IMG/VR virus record: IMGVR_UViG_3300042934_000565
Span: 1,028-65,027 of that record
Length of the DNA: 64,000 nucleotides
Source: a virus
Lineage: Duplodnaviria > Caudoviricetes
Reading direction: 5' to 3' (one strand)
Shown here piece by piece: positions 37,116 to 46,831 of the stretch; within the stretch, counting starts at the first letter, position 1, and every line of letters starts with the position of its first letter. A program made the position numbers and the translations under genes. The notes beneath the pieces were generated by a model. That model had not been told where the DNA came from and ran no database searches. It saw only the letters and a program-made list of their open reading frames with translations.

Positions 37116-40100
37116 TCATCCTACCATGTAAGCCGTCTTGCGAATGGCGTTCGGGAGCGAGACGTCGAGGTTTTCGCCCTCTTCCTTCGTGACTTCGAGC
37201 TTCTCGATATTGAAGGTATCCTTCTCTGCGATGTCCGTCATCAGATCGGTAAGGGCAGCGAGCTGTCCCTGGAGACCCATGTTCAGCGGGTCCATCTGGG
37301 TCTGGAGGTTCAGCATCATGTCCATCTCGCGAGCTGCGTAAACCTGATCGTAGAACGAGTCGAGCGAGTCGCTGATGACCCCGAAGGTGCGCTCCAGCTG
37401 CGGAGCAGTCTTCTCCATACCGACCACCATACCCATGATGGTGTTAACTCCGATGTCTCGGAAGACCTTAGACGGCGAGTTGATGTTGAGAAGGTTCTTG
37501 GCGAAGTCAATTGCCCCGCCTACCACATCCTGAATTGCCCCGATAACCCGCTTCGCCATTGCGGTAACTCCGCTGACGAGGCCTTCGATCATCTGTCGAC
37601 CCATGCTCACCAGAGCACCGACAATGGCTGGAATAACTTGCGGGATAGCCTCAACGATACCCATGAAGAGCTGCACGGCAGCATTGATAAGCTGAGGGAT
37701 GATGCCGATGATGGTACTAACCAGTACCGGTACCATACCCAAGATCGCACCGATGAGCGGGGGAATGATCTTCGGAATGGCCATGACCAGTGCCAGGAAC
37801 AACTGGATAGCTGCCTGTATCAGGGCCGGGATCAGTCCGATCACCGTACTGATGAGGATGGGCAGCAGACCAATCACGGCTTCGATCAGCGGGGGGATGA
37901 TCTCTGGAATCGCCTCAACGATTGCCATGAACAGGTTGATCGCTGCCTCGATGACCAGCGGGATCATCGCTAGGAGCGCCGCTAGGACCATTGGGATCAT
38001 GCCTACGACCGCAGTGATCAGCGGGGGCAGAATGACCGGAATGGCCTGTACAATGGCGAGGAAGAACTGAACTGCCGCGTTGAGCAGAAGAGGCAAGGCC
38101 TGGATCAATGCCGTGAGGATGGCAGTAATGGCGGTGATCAGAGTAGTAATGATCATCGGCAGTACAGTGGTGATTGCCATGACGATGCCGGTGAACAGCT
38201 GAATAGCTGCTGTTAGAATCATCGGCAGCATCGAGACCAGAGCCACTAGGATGGTGGTGATGACCTGGGTCAGGGCGGCAATGATCGTAGGCAGAATAGC
38301 CGTGAGCGCAGTCACGAGGCTGGTCAGCGTGGTGAGAAATGCCGTCAGCAGCAGAGGCGCGGCAGCTACGATCACCTGGAGAATCAGAGTAATCAACTGG
38401 ACCACCGTCGTCAGAATGACGGGGATTATGTTGACCATGGCAGCCGCGAGGCCGGCAAAGATGTTCATAATGCCCTGGAGTCCAGTGGCATCAGTTCCCA
38501 CACCCGCGAATGCTGCGCCGAGTCCCGCGAGGAGCTGGGTAATGATCGGGAGCACTGGGGCGATAACCGCCATCAGGAAGTCGCCGATGATCTGCAGCAG
38601 GGGGATTACGACCTGGAGGGCACTAGCGAACCAGCCGCTGAATGTACCGGCGAGCTGGGTCAGAAGCGGTCCTACTGCTGCCAGAGCAGTAGTCAACCAG
38701 CCACCCAGTAGCTCAGCGAACTGCTGAAGCATCGGCAGAACAACTGCCATCGCCTGGTTGAAGACGGCCATCAACTGGGCCCAGACTCCCTTGCCTGTCT
38801 CAGTCTGAGTGAAGAAGAATGCCAGTGCCGCAGCGATCGCGAGAAGAAGTGCGATGATAGGTGTGCCCGGGAAGAGCATCACGGCCTTGAGGCGAGCCCA
38901 GGCGAATGCCACGATGGGAATCGTCTTACCAAGGAACAACATGGCGTCGTTGAGTCGAATCGCCAGACTAATGATGTTGAGTAGAGAACCCGCGAACAAT
39001 CCAGCTACACCTATGAAGATGAGCATGCCCGCTACTACTGCTGCGGTCGTCGTGATCAGACCGAGTGTACTGGAGTCGAGGCTGTTCAGCCAATCGACTA
39101 CTGCCTGGATACTCTGAACCAGTCCTCGGGCGAATGCCTGCTGAGTAGAACCGATGTTGATGACTAGAGTCTGAAGGTTACCCTTAAGAATCTCGATGTC
39201 ACCACTGAGGTTATCCAGTCGTTCACTGGCGATGTCCAGTGCAGTAGTCTTCCCGATCTCGGCATTGAGTCGGGCAAGACCAGCAGAACCCTCGTTGAGG
39301 AGGTTAAGAATAGTAGGCAGCGAGGTGATCGGGAAGATCTGCCCCAGGATATCCATCTTCTTGTCAACGCTGAGCTGAGACAGCGGCCCATTGAGCATAT
39401 CGAGAAGCTGGGGGATAGGCTTAAGAGCACCTGAAGCATCGAGGAGGCTGTTAGTGCCATCGTCAAGGATGATCCCCAGTTCCTTGAGGGCTTCCTTACC
39501 AGTTCGGGTAGGGGCGATGAGCTTATCGAACATCTGCCGGAGACCGGTACCGGCCTTGGACCCCTTGATACCATTCTCACCGAGGAGAGCGATAGCAGTG
39601 TTGACATCTTCGAAGCTAATGCCTGCCGTCTTCGCAGACGCACCCGCATATGTCATGGTGGTGATGAGGTCACCAACATCGATGGACGATGCGTTGGCAG
39701 CACCAGCCAGCTTATCAACTACATCAACCGCATCTTCGGCGGAGAGGTTGAATGTGTTAAGAATTGTAGTTAGCGATGTCGCAGCCTGAGCCAGTGGAAT
39801 ATCAGTAGCAGCACCAAGGTTGGCAACGGCGTCACCGATACCATTGAGGATGTCCTGCGTCTCCACACCAGACTTTGCCAACTCGACGAAGGAGTCGGCG
39901 ATTTGATCCGCGGAGTAGATGGTATCGGCACCGAGCTGCAGTGCCTTCTCACGGATCTTGTCATACTCTTTCTGAGTTGCCCCAGATACTGCGGTGAAGA
40001 AGTCGAGCTTACGTTCGAACTCGGCAGCAGCATTAACTGCAACCATGATGCCGGCGGCCATCCCCGCCCCCGCGGTGACGAATCCAGCCGATACTGCCGC

Positions 40101-40232
40101 GATGGCGCCGGCACCAGAATTAAGGGCAGATACAGCAGAGAGGTGGTGCTGACGAACTTCGGTGTAGGCTTTAATAGCCTCCTTGACATCCAGTTCGATC
40201 CAGCCCCGGATGCCACCTAGGTCGTTTGCCAC
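37116..40232 (-). CDS. Tape measure protein
   Basis: 1038 aa; TP901-type core (GIKGSKAGTGLR), amphipathic repeats, INSPSKVF. Confidence 0.95.
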   Translation of the reverse strand: MANDLGGIRGWIELDVKEAIKAYTEVRQHHLSAVSALNSGAGAIAAVSAGFVTAGAGMAAGIMVAVNAAAEFERKLDFFTAVSGATQKEYDKIREKALQLGADTIYSADQIADSFVELAKSGVETQDILNGIGDAVANLGAATDIPLAQAATSLTTILNTFNLSAEDAVDVVDKLAGAANASSIDVGDLITTMTYAGASAKTAGISFEDVNTAIALLGENGIKGSKAGTGLRQMFDKLIAPTRTGKEALKELGIILDDGTNSLLDASGALKPIPQLLDMLNGPLSQLSVDKKMDILGQIFPITSLPTILNLLNEGSAGLARLNAEIGKTTALDIASERLDNLSGDIEILKGNLQTLVINIGSTQQAFARGLVQSIQAVVDWLNSLDSSTLGLITTTAAVVAGMLIFIGVAGLFAGSLLNIISLAIRLNDAMLFLGKTIPIVAFAWARLKAVMLFPGTPIIALLLAIAAALAFFFTQTETGKGVWAQLMAVFNQAMAVVLPMLQQFAELLGGWLTTALAAVGPLLTQLAGTFSGWFASALQVVIPLLQIIGDFLMAVIAPVLPIITQLLAGLGAAFAGVGTDATGLQGIMNIFAGLAAAMVNIIPVILTTVVQLITLILQVIVAAAPLLLTAFLTTLTSLVTALTAILPTIIAALTQVITTILVALVSMLPMILTAAIQLFTGIVMAITTVLPMIITTLITAITAILTALIQALPLLLNAAVQFFLAIVQAIPVILPPLITAVVGMIPMVLAALLAMIPLVIEAAINLFMAIVEAIPEIIPPLIEAVIGLLPILISTVIGLIPALIQAAIQLFLALVMAIPKIIPPLIGAILGMVPVLVSTIIGIIPQLINAAVQLFMGIVEAIPQVIPAIVGALVSMGRQMIEGLVSGVTAMAKRVIGAIQDVVGGAIDFAKNLLNINSPSKVFRDIGVNTIMGMVVGMEKTAPQLERTFGVISDSLDSFYDQVYAAREMDMMLNLQTQMDPLNMGLQGQLAALTDLMTDIAEKDTFNIEKLEVTKEEGENLDVSLPNAIRKTAYMVG

Positions 40233-40241
40233 CTCAACTCC

Positions 40242-40511
40242 TTAAGAGAAGAGGAGAGACGGGTCTGCGAAGTTACCCTTGGCGTCCTTGCCCTCAAGAA
40301 TGAGTTTAAGTTCGCGTTCCCGGGCGGCCTGCATACCTGCTTCCCCTCGCTGCTTCTTCCTGCCTATGTTTTCGAGTCGGTTGGTGATCGAGGTTCCCAG
40401 GTACCAGACTGCCTGGTCAAGGCAGTATGCTTCATAACTACCCGGCGTTAGCCCCATCACCAGACTCGGCTGCACCTGCTGATCCCGGGATTGCAGATAC
40501 AGCAGCCACAT
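40242..40511 (-). CDS. Tail assembly chaperone extension (gpT-like, probably frameshift-fused)
   Basis: Overlaps the chaperone 3' end in the +1 frame; lies just before the TMP. Confidence 0.7.
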   Translation of the reverse strand: MWLLYLQSRDQQVQPSLVMGLTPGSYEAYCLDQAVWYLGTSITNRLENIGRKKQRGEAGMQAARERELKLILEGKDAKGNFADPSLLFS

Positions 40512-41040
40512 TGCTTTCGTATTTCTGGCGAAACGTCTCGAGGTCCCTCGTTCCTCCCGAAATCCACTGGAACAGGAACTGCTTGTCCATCAGTTCGATC
40601 TCGTCGGTGTACAGGAACTCATCCTCCTTGCGGAGTTCATCAGGCTCGGTGACCTGGTTCTCGGGGAAGAGAAGGTTGTGACGATCGACATCGGCCTGTG
40701 TGGGAGCGCGTCGAACCTTGGGTTCCTGGATGACCTGAGCGGTCACCACATCCATGAGTTCAATCATCTCACCGAGAGAGTCTACATCATCGGCGAGCTT
40801 GCTAGCTTCCTCCATGGCGTCACCCGTGTTACCACCCTTGAGTGCCTTCTGAACGATGGCGAGCAGCGAGTTGGGGATGGTGCCGTTGGCAATGAATGCC
40901 GTGAGACCTCCGGGGTTCTTCGCCTTGACGACGAGGCCGGAGGGAAGTTCGATTTTGCCGCCCATGCGTTCGCGGAAGTCGCCGATCTGAGAGACTCGGA
41001 TCTGCTCGGCCTGGGATGCTGACTTGCGTGCGGTAGCCAT
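40438..41040 (-). CDS. Tail assembly chaperone
   Basis: Between the major tail and TMP genes; DKQFLFQWISGGTRDLETFR. Confidence 0.8.
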   Translation of the reverse strand: MATARKSASQAEQIRVSQIGDFRERMGGKIELPSGLVVKAKNPGGLTAFIANGTIPNSLLAIVQKALKGGNTGDAMEEASKLADDVDSLGEMIELMDVVTAQVIQEPKVRRAPTQADVDRHNLLFPENQVTEPDELRKEDEFLYTDEIELMDKQFLFQWISGGTRDLETFRQKYESNVAAVSAIPGSAGAAESGDGANAG

Positions 41041-41082
41041 TTTGGGTCCTCCTGGGGATCGGGGCTATCAGTGTTGTTGGTG

Positions 41083-41898
41083 TTACGCGACGGAGACAGT
41101 ACCGGGCGTAACGGTGATGGTTCCCATCTCGACGGTACCAGCAGCCGACAGGGTGATCGTGAAGGTCGGGGAAGTACCCGAGACCGTCGCGGTAACCCCG
41201 GTGAGGGCGCTGAGTCCGTTGATGGCGGTCTGGATCGCGGTGAAGGTCGCGTTCCAGGCGATGTCGGCCGTGGAGTAGCCGTTGATGAGGAGTCGATAGT
41301 TACCTGCCGTCGGCGAACCGCTGAGGCTCAGCGTCCATCCAATCTTCACCGACGGATTAACTAAAGGGGCTGCCGTCTCCTTGTGGCGGAACATGTACAG
41401 CTTCGAGTCCGTCTCGTTGCCGAAGCCGGTTCCGGAAGCCGCGGTGAGAAGGAACGACCCATTCTCCATCGAGCCCTCCAGATCACCATCCGCCTTGCAG
41501 CGGTAGACGATCGCCTCGAAGTCGCCGCCGTTGTCCGAGATGGCTCGGCCGTAGACGTTGAAGTAGGGACGAGCATCCGTGGTGAGCTTCGTGAACGTCT
41601 TGATGACGTTCGGAGTGACGCCCGTCGAGCCGACGGTACCGCCACCGAGAAGCTTCCAGGCCTCGAGCGAGATACCGCCACCCTCGAGTTCCCAGTTGAC
41701 CGTGGGACCTGCACCGTGCGAGGCAACCTTACGGTCGTCGCCATCGAGGGTCTCGAAGTCTTCCTGCTCAGCGAAGCTGAAGGTTCGTGACGCGGGCAGG
41801 AATACGGCACTTCCGGGGACCTCAACACCAGCGTCGTTGAGGGGGACGATTCTCACCTGCCTCAGCCCGAAAGGAATTGCATAACTAGCGAGAGGCAT
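41083..41898 (-). CDS. Major tail protein
   Basis: PFGLRQVRI..ETLDGDD..RPYF..YRCKA; C-terminal Ig-like extension; synteny. Confidence 0.85.
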   Translation of the reverse strand: MPLASYAIPFGLRQVRIVPLNDAGVEVPGSAVFLPASRTFSFAEQEDFETLDGDDRKVASHGAGPTVNWELEGGGISLEAWKLLGGGTVGSTGVTPNVIKTFTKLTTDARPYFNVYGRAISDNGGDFEAIVYRCKADGDLEGSMENGSFLLTAASGTGFGNETDSKLYMFRHKETAAPLVNPSVKIGWTLSLSGSPTAGNYRLLINGYSTADIAWNATFTAIQTAINGLSALTGVTATVSGTSPTFTITLSAAGTVEMGTITVTPGTVSVA

Positions 41899-42103
41899 CT
41901 CCTAGTCCTTTCTGTTGGTCGACCCGAGGGTCTTTGTATTTGTGGGTGTCTACCACTTTCCCCGTTTCGAGCGAGATAGTGTGTAGAACGATTGTTCCCG
42001 GATAAGCTCCGTGAGCCCGTCGCTTGCACCTGACTTCGAGAGTGTGTGCCTCTGGATCGTAGACCCCATAGAGGTTTCCCTCGCATCGGAGTTCAATCGC
42101 CAT
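41885..42103 (-). CDS. Small Com-like Zn-ribbon protein
   Basis: ELRC..LYG...LEVRCKRRAHG...H. Confidence 0.55.
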   Translation of the reverse strand: MAIELRCEGNLYGVYDPEAHTLEVRCKRRAHGAYPGTIVLHTISLETGKVVDTHKYKDPRVDQQKGLGDASR

Positions 42104-42204
42104 AAGCTTCTCTTATTCTGTCGCTTCGTAATTTATCATGGCGCGCGAGATCGGCGTTTTCAGGAGCTCTGAGTGGGCTCTGGGGATATACCTATCCGAT
42201 CTGA

Positions 42205-42462
42205 TCAGCCCTTTGACGACTTCGCAGACTTGGGAGCTTCCTCCTCGGCGACCTCTTCCTCGGCCGCCTCGACGATTTCGAACTTGCCGAAGATGTCGGG
42301 ATTGCTGACGAGCGCCTGAGCCACATCGTCCGAGACCTCAGTCTCCACACCCTCGGGGAACTCGGTCTTGTGAAACCCGGTCACGTCGGCATGACGACGA
42401 AGGTCATTACCATCGAGAATCCGGTAGTCGGCGTGGTCGTCGATGAACTTGACGATAGCCAT
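42205..42462 (-). CDS. Hypothetical virion-region protein
   Basis: AGGAGG RBS; EVSDDVAQALV. Confidence 0.7.
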   Translation of the reverse strand: MAIVKFIDDHADYRILDGNDLRRHADVTGFHKTEFPEGVETEVSDDVAQALVSNPDIFGKFEIVEAAEEEVAEEEAPKSAKSSKG

Positions 42463-42463
42463 G

Positions 42464-42883
42464 TTAGTCCTCCTTGATTACCTGTAGACGGATATACCGA
42501 AACACCGTGTTTAGTGTATCGTCATTGAGGTCCTGAGACGTCTCGAGGAAACGAGTGGACCAAACCTTGTGTACTGCGGAGTTCTTGTTCTGAAACGCCT
42601 TGCGAATCTCGAGTATGACCGCGTCGATCTTATCGTAGTCCGCAGTGACACCATCGTTGAAATCGTGTACCCAGATTTGCACGAACTGACGACTGATGTC
42701 TCGCTCTTCAGAAAACTCTTCGGCAGACTCATTACCCAGTTTGTAAACCACATAGGGGCACTCCTCTTTGGAAGACGTCATTGTCTTCTTAGCGAATACC
42801 CGAGGATTGGTCGGTCCCCCGACGAGGTCAGTGATCGAGGCAGTCCCAGTAAGCGTGCCGTAGATAAAATGCCGGGCGGTCAC
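42464..42883 (-). CDS. Tail terminator
   Basis: RVF...PYVVY...VQIWVHD; synteny. Confidence 0.75.
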   Translation of the reverse strand: MTARHFIYGTLTGTASITDLVGGPTNPRVFAKKTMTSSKEECPYVVYKLGNESAEEFSEERDISRQFVQIWVHDFNDGVTADYDKIDAVILEIRKAFQNKNSAVHKVWSTRFLETSQDLNDDTLNTVFRYIRLQVIKED

Positions 42884-43248
42884 GGTGTACTCCCCTTTCG
42901 AGCATAGCGAATGCGTCGTATCGCATTGTAGGTAATTCGTCGAGCATGTTCTTCTAGCGTGGGGCGAATGATGGCGAACCGACCGTTCTGGATTACTTCC
43001 AGCCAGAAACCATGTTCAACTGTATGCTGAAGATACATCCGGACTACATCGTCCTCATTCTCAACATAAGCAGTCAATCCCCAGCGAGCAGCACCTGTGC
43101 GGTCTTCCCAGATAGCATCCTGCCTCATCTGGGCTTCGATCTGGTCTCGCGATTCGAGGTATTCCTCTTCGGCTACATCATCCCACTCAGGTCCATTGAA
43201 CCACTCAATGATGCCGTCTTCCCAGTGGATCCTACTCTTAGCTACCAC
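42880..43248 (-). CDS. Neck/tail-completion protein (HK97 gp10-like)
   Basis: WEDRTGAAR...HTVEHGFWLE...FAIIRPT. Confidence 0.8.
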   Translation of the reverse strand: MVAKSRIHWEDGIIEWFNGPEWDDVAEEEYLESRDQIEAQMRQDAIWEDRTGAARWGLTAYVENEDDVVRMYLQHTVEHGFWLEVIQNGRFAIIRPTLEEHARRITYNAIRRIRYARKGSTP

Positions 43249-43630
43249 GATTATCGAACCCTTGCAGTTCGATCGCGGCGAAGGTGGATTCTTGACGGGC
43301 CTCGTGAATGCCTACGACTTTGTAGTTCTCACCAAGCCACGTGAACTTATCGTTCGGCTGAAGATCTAGAGTGTGCATCCCTATTAGGCGATACTCGGTG
43401 TTCGGGATGTCACCTGCCTCGGCGTTAACCAGACCGGCAGTATAGCGTCGCACGTTCTGAACGATGCGAGCGGTTTGAGGCTGGAGGGTAACATCGGGCT
43501 GAGCGATGTACCCCCCAGTACCCGGATTCTTGACGGGAGGCTGGGCCCGCACTACCACGAGACTGAAGGAGTCGGCATCGATAAACGCTCTAACGTTTCG
43601 GCGCCTCATCAACATCTCAGTAGGGTTCAT
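43238..43630 (-). CDS. Head-to-tail stopper
   Basis: DLQPNDKFTWLGENYKVV; synteny. Confidence 0.7.
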   Translation of the reverse strand: MNPTEMLMRRRNVRAFIDADSFSLVVVRAQPPVKNPGTGGYIAQPDVTLQPQTARIVQNVRRYTAGLVNAEAGDIPNTEYRLIGMHTLDLQPNDKFTWLGENYKVVGIHEARQESTFAAIELQGFDNRGS

Positions 43631-43968
43631 GTGCGGACTATCTTCCCAATCCGAGTGCGACCAATCCGACCCTCACCAGGACCGGAGGTAATGCGTCCTC
43701 GGTAGTACCTAAGCATGAGCTCGGCGTTTTCCATCAGATCGCCAAGCTTACGCGATGCGGCACCGTCGGTGACATCCACCAGGCTCGCCCAGGCGGCGAT
43801 CTTGGCTTCCCAGCCCTCAACGACGGCATGGTTCATATCGGAGGCGGCCGTCAGCCAGATCGTGATCTGGGCGTCGGTGAACATGGTATCCGCCTCTGAT
43901 CCTCCGCTAGGGAAGACCTCTCCCGTTTTTTGACGGAAGATGGTGATGTTATCGGCGGATGCGTCCAT
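43627..43968 (-). CDS. Head-to-tail adaptor
   Basis: FTDAQI...WEAK...VDVTDGAASRK; synteny. Confidence 0.7.
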   Translation of the reverse strand: MDASADNITIFRQKTGEVFPSGGSEADTMFTDAQITIWLTAASDMNHAVVEGWEAKIAAWASLVDVTDGAASRKLGDLMENAELMLRYYRGRITSGPGEGRIGRTRIGKIVRT

Positions 43969-43970
43969 GG

Positions 43971-44357
43971 TTACTTGCCGGCCTCATCCTGAGCGACGAG
44001 CGCGGCGCGAACCTCGCCAGCCTTCAGCTTCGAACCGTCCTCGTGAGTGAGCTTGATGCCCCGCTCCTTGGCCAGGTTGCCGAGCTCGGTGCCCTTGACC
44101 GAATCGTAGGGACCTTCCCCATCGGTCTCGTCGTCTTCCTCATCGTTGCCCGACTCGACGACCTGACCGACTGCCCCCGGCTGGTTGGGGACATTCGCAG
44201 CCTTGAAAGCGCGGAGTTCCTCAAGCTCGGCCTGGAGTGCGTCGACGTCCACACCCTCCTGGCGGCTGAGGGTCTGGCGGGCGTGCCAGCGGGGATCGTT
44301 CGAGATGGTCTCGCCGAGCGAGTTCTGGAAGGTGACGATGTCGTCGTTGTCAGCCAT
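43971..44357 (-). CDS. Hypothetical protein with C-terminal HeH/Rho-N-like motif
   Basis: YDSVKGTELGNLAKERGI...KAGEVRAAL. Confidence 0.65.
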   Translation of the reverse strand: MADNDDIVTFQNSLGETISNDPRWHARQTLSRQEGVDVDALQAELEELRAFKAANVPNQPGAVGQVVESGNDEEDDETDGEGPYDSVKGTELGNLAKERGIKLTHEDGSKLKAGEVRAALVAQDEAGK

Positions 44358-44390
44358 GATCTTCTCCTTGTTTGAGGCTGGCTAGTTGAA

Positions 44391-44431
44391 AGGGGGAGGA
44401 CCAGTGGCGTAGAATGCCTAGGCCCTCCCCC
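44391..44431 (-). terminator. Hairpin after the major capsid gene
   Basis: GGGGAGG...CCTCCCC followed by TTT on the minus strand. Confidence 0.55.
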
Positions 44432-44437
44432 AATCGG

Positions 44438-45622
44438 TTAGAACGTTGCCGGGTCGTACGCGGCGGGGATCACGTAGGGAAGAGCTGCCTTCACCTGCAT
44501 GATGGCGATGGAACCGCGCTGGCGGACGCCAGTTCCGATGCCGCGGCGGTAGAAGGAGTCGATCAGCGGGTAGTCGCTTCGCGCACCCGGGATCAGCTTC
44601 AGCCCGCGGTAGTTCGGGTTCGAGTGCTGACGGAGCCCGATGGGGTTGGTCAGGCGGTCGGTGCCGCCAGTCGCAATCGCCACCAGGTAGCCGGCCGGGA
44701 TGAGCCCCTCTTCGACCACGTGGAACGGGCCGTAGGTGCCGATCTCGCCCGGGACCGTACCCTCAGGACCACCGACGTAGGAGCCGTTGTTCGGCACCCA
44801 GACCTTGCCACCGTAGAGGTTGGGGTTCGGCACGAAGTCGAACGACGCCCCCGTCGAGGTCTTGTACGTCTTGATGATGGTGGCTTCCTGCTTGTTGACC
44901 CAGAGGATCAGCTGGTAGCCATTCTGAAGGTCGTACCCGTGCTCGGTGAGGAGCGTGGCCAGGTTGTCGACGTTCACCGAGGTGACGGCCGCGTTGCCCG
45001 AGACGACGTAGTGCGTGTGCGTCCCGGCGAACGTGGTGTTGTTGTAGTCCGGGGGCACCTCACCATCACCGTTGTAGGCCGCGTAGACCGTCATCGGCTC
45101 GTTCTTGTCGGTGTAACCCGAGGTGTTGATCGGGTTGAAGAGGCGCTCCATCACCTTGCGGAACTGGAGCTTGGTGTCAGCCTCCAGCGCCAGGTTGTGG
45201 TTCACCCGCAGGTCGTCGGCCGACGCCTCGGCGAGGTACATCCAGGTGTACCGAATCGCGAGGTCGTAGAAGTCGAAGTCGTACCCGCGGAAGAACCGAG
45301 TCGCGCCACCCTTGATACCGACGGGCTGACCGTACTCGGACGCCTTCTCGAAGTCCACCGAGCTGGGCACGGAGACTTCCGACGTGATGTCGACCACCGG
45401 ATAGGTGAGGACGTTGATCATCGTGTTCTTCTTCGCGTTGCGAATCCGAATGGTGTCCATCACCTCGTTCCAGAACTCGTTGAGGTCGGTGCCATCCGCC
45501 GCCTTGACGACGTCGGCCCGCTCGTTGAAGCCGTTCTCGCGGCCGAAGACCTCGAGCGACTGCGATCCCTCGTCCAGGAGCCAGTGGATGAGGTGCTCAG
45601 GGGATGCCTGCAGCAGAGTCAT
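44438..45622 (-). CDS. Major capsid protein
   Basis: 394 aa, very strong codon bias, follows scaffold and decoration genes; FEKASEYG. Confidence 0.85.
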   Translation of the reverse strand: MTLLQASPEHLIHWLLDEGSQSLEVFGRENGFNERADVVKAADGTDLNEFWNEVMDTIRIRNAKKNTMINVLTYPVVDITSEVSVPSSVDFEKASEYGQPVGIKGGATRFFRGYDFDFYDLAIRYTWMYLAEASADDLRVNHNLALEADTKLQFRKVMERLFNPINTSGYTDKNEPMTVYAAYNGDGEVPPDYNNTTFAGTHTHYVVSGNAAVTSVNVDNLATLLTEHGYDLQNGYQLILWVNKQEATIIKTYKTSTGASFDFVPNPNLYGGKVWVPNNGSYVGGPEGTVPGEIGTYGPFHVVEEGLIPAGYLVAIATGGTDRLTNPIGLRQHSNPNYRGLKLIPGARSDYPLIDSFYRRGIGTGVRQRGSIAIMQVKAALPYVIPAAYDPATF

Positions 45623-45637
45623 GTTCCTGTTCCTTTC

Positions 45638-46099
45638 TTACGCCAGCGCCGCAGCGCCGAGGGGGATGCGGACGATGAGACGGCCCTTGTCGGCCATGAC
45701 TCCGACGAGGAACTTGCCCGTAGGAGCCGTGTTCGAGAGAACGCCGGCGGTGTTGACGTAGACCTTCGAACCCGGGGTGAAGACGGCGGGATCGAGCCCG
45801 ACGATCTCTCCGGAGGTCATGATGTCGACTGCCTCACCGGTCTTTGCGCCGATGAAGCTAAGGCCGGGGGAGCCCGGAGGCGTCCCGTACTGACCGACCG
45901 GCTGGCGAACGATGTTCTTGATCAGGAGGCCCACGAGGCCCGAAGCCCCGGTGGTACCAACGATGACTCGACCACTCGTGTTGAGCGAGACACCGACCGG
46001 ACCAATGCTACCGTCAGTCAGCGTGAGGTCCGCACCGAGACGAGCTCGGAACGAACCACTGATCGGGTCGACCTTGTCATAAGTAGGCTTCTGAGCCAT
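45638..46099 (-). CDS. Capsid decoration/cement protein
   Basis: KVDPISGSFRA..GEAVDIMTSGEI..GSKVY; synteny. Confidence 0.7.
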   Translation of the reverse strand: MAQKPTYDKVDPISGSFRARLGADLTLTDGSIGPVGVSLNTSGRVIVGTTGASGLVGLLIKNIVRQPVGQYGTPPGSPGLSFIGAKTGEAVDIMTSGEIVGLDPAVFTPGSKVYVNTAGVLSNTAPTGKFLVGVMADKGRLIVRIPLGAAALA

Positions 46100-46138
46100 G
46101 ACTAGTTACCCTTTCTTCTGAGGATTGGTGTGGATGTA

Positions 46139-46804
46139 TCAGAGTGAGGGATATCGCTCTGCGTAGACCTCTTCGGGAGTCTGCGTCTTCCGTCGTCGGG
46201 AACCTCCATGAGCGCTGCCAGTGGCTTCGCCGTCGTTGGTGCCCTTACGAATGAAGTGCTGCTTTTTCGCCGCGAGTGCCTTGACTACCGTCGAAACGGT
46301 GGTGAGATCGATGTCGATGTCCGTGGGGTCTTCATCGTCCTGATCGAAAGTGATCTTGGTCCGATCCACCCCATTCACCGCGTCTTCGACGTCGATGAAC
46401 TTGGCTTCCCGGGCCGCCTCTCGGATGGCCGAGTCGATGTCCCGCTTCAGGATGCCAGCCGCAAGCTTCTCCGACCGGGCCAGGGCAGCAGCCTCACGCT
46501 GCTTTGCTTCCTCGACCGTGTCGTTCTCTTCCTGCGATACAGCAGCCTTGACGTTCCGCTCCTTGCGGAGCTCCCGTTCGAGCTTCTTGGAGTTGCGTCG
46601 TTCAGCGTTGAGCGCCTTCTGAAGCTTCTCCAGGTCGGTCTCTTCTCCGTTGGGTTCACCGGTGCTGTCGGTCGAGTCGGTCGAACCCGCTTCGCCTTCA
46701 CCTTCCGGATCTTCCTCACTCGAATCACTCGAGTCGCCGGCGGCATCAGGATCTTCGTGACCAAGGATCACCCCAGGCCAGCGACCCCAAAAGTCGTCGT
46801 CCAT
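46139..46804 (-). CDS. Capsid scaffolding protein
   Basis: Acidic N-terminus, coiled coil LQKALNAER; position between portal and capsid. Confidence 0.8.
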   Translation of the reverse strand: MDDDFWGRWPGVILGHEDPDAAGDSSDSSEEDPEGEGEAGSTDSTDSTGEPNGEETDLEKLQKALNAERRNSKKLERELRKERNVKAAVSQEENDTVEEAKQREAAALARSEKLAAGILKRDIDSAIREAAREAKFIDVEDAVNGVDRTKITFDQDDEDPTDIDIDLTTVSTVVKALAAKKQHFIRKGTNDGEATGSAHGGSRRRKTQTPEEVYAERYPSL

Positions 46805-46831
46805 TGCTTTCTCCCTCTAGCGGATCACCCG

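Noticed and set aside
37600-38450. Repetitive stretch in the tape measure gene
   Set aside because: Ordinary amphipathic TMP protein repeats.
44414-46105. 563 aa + strand ORF and many other long antisense ORFs
   Set aside because: Shadows of strongly codon-biased GC-rich genes (capsid, SSB, tail); no RBS or motifs.
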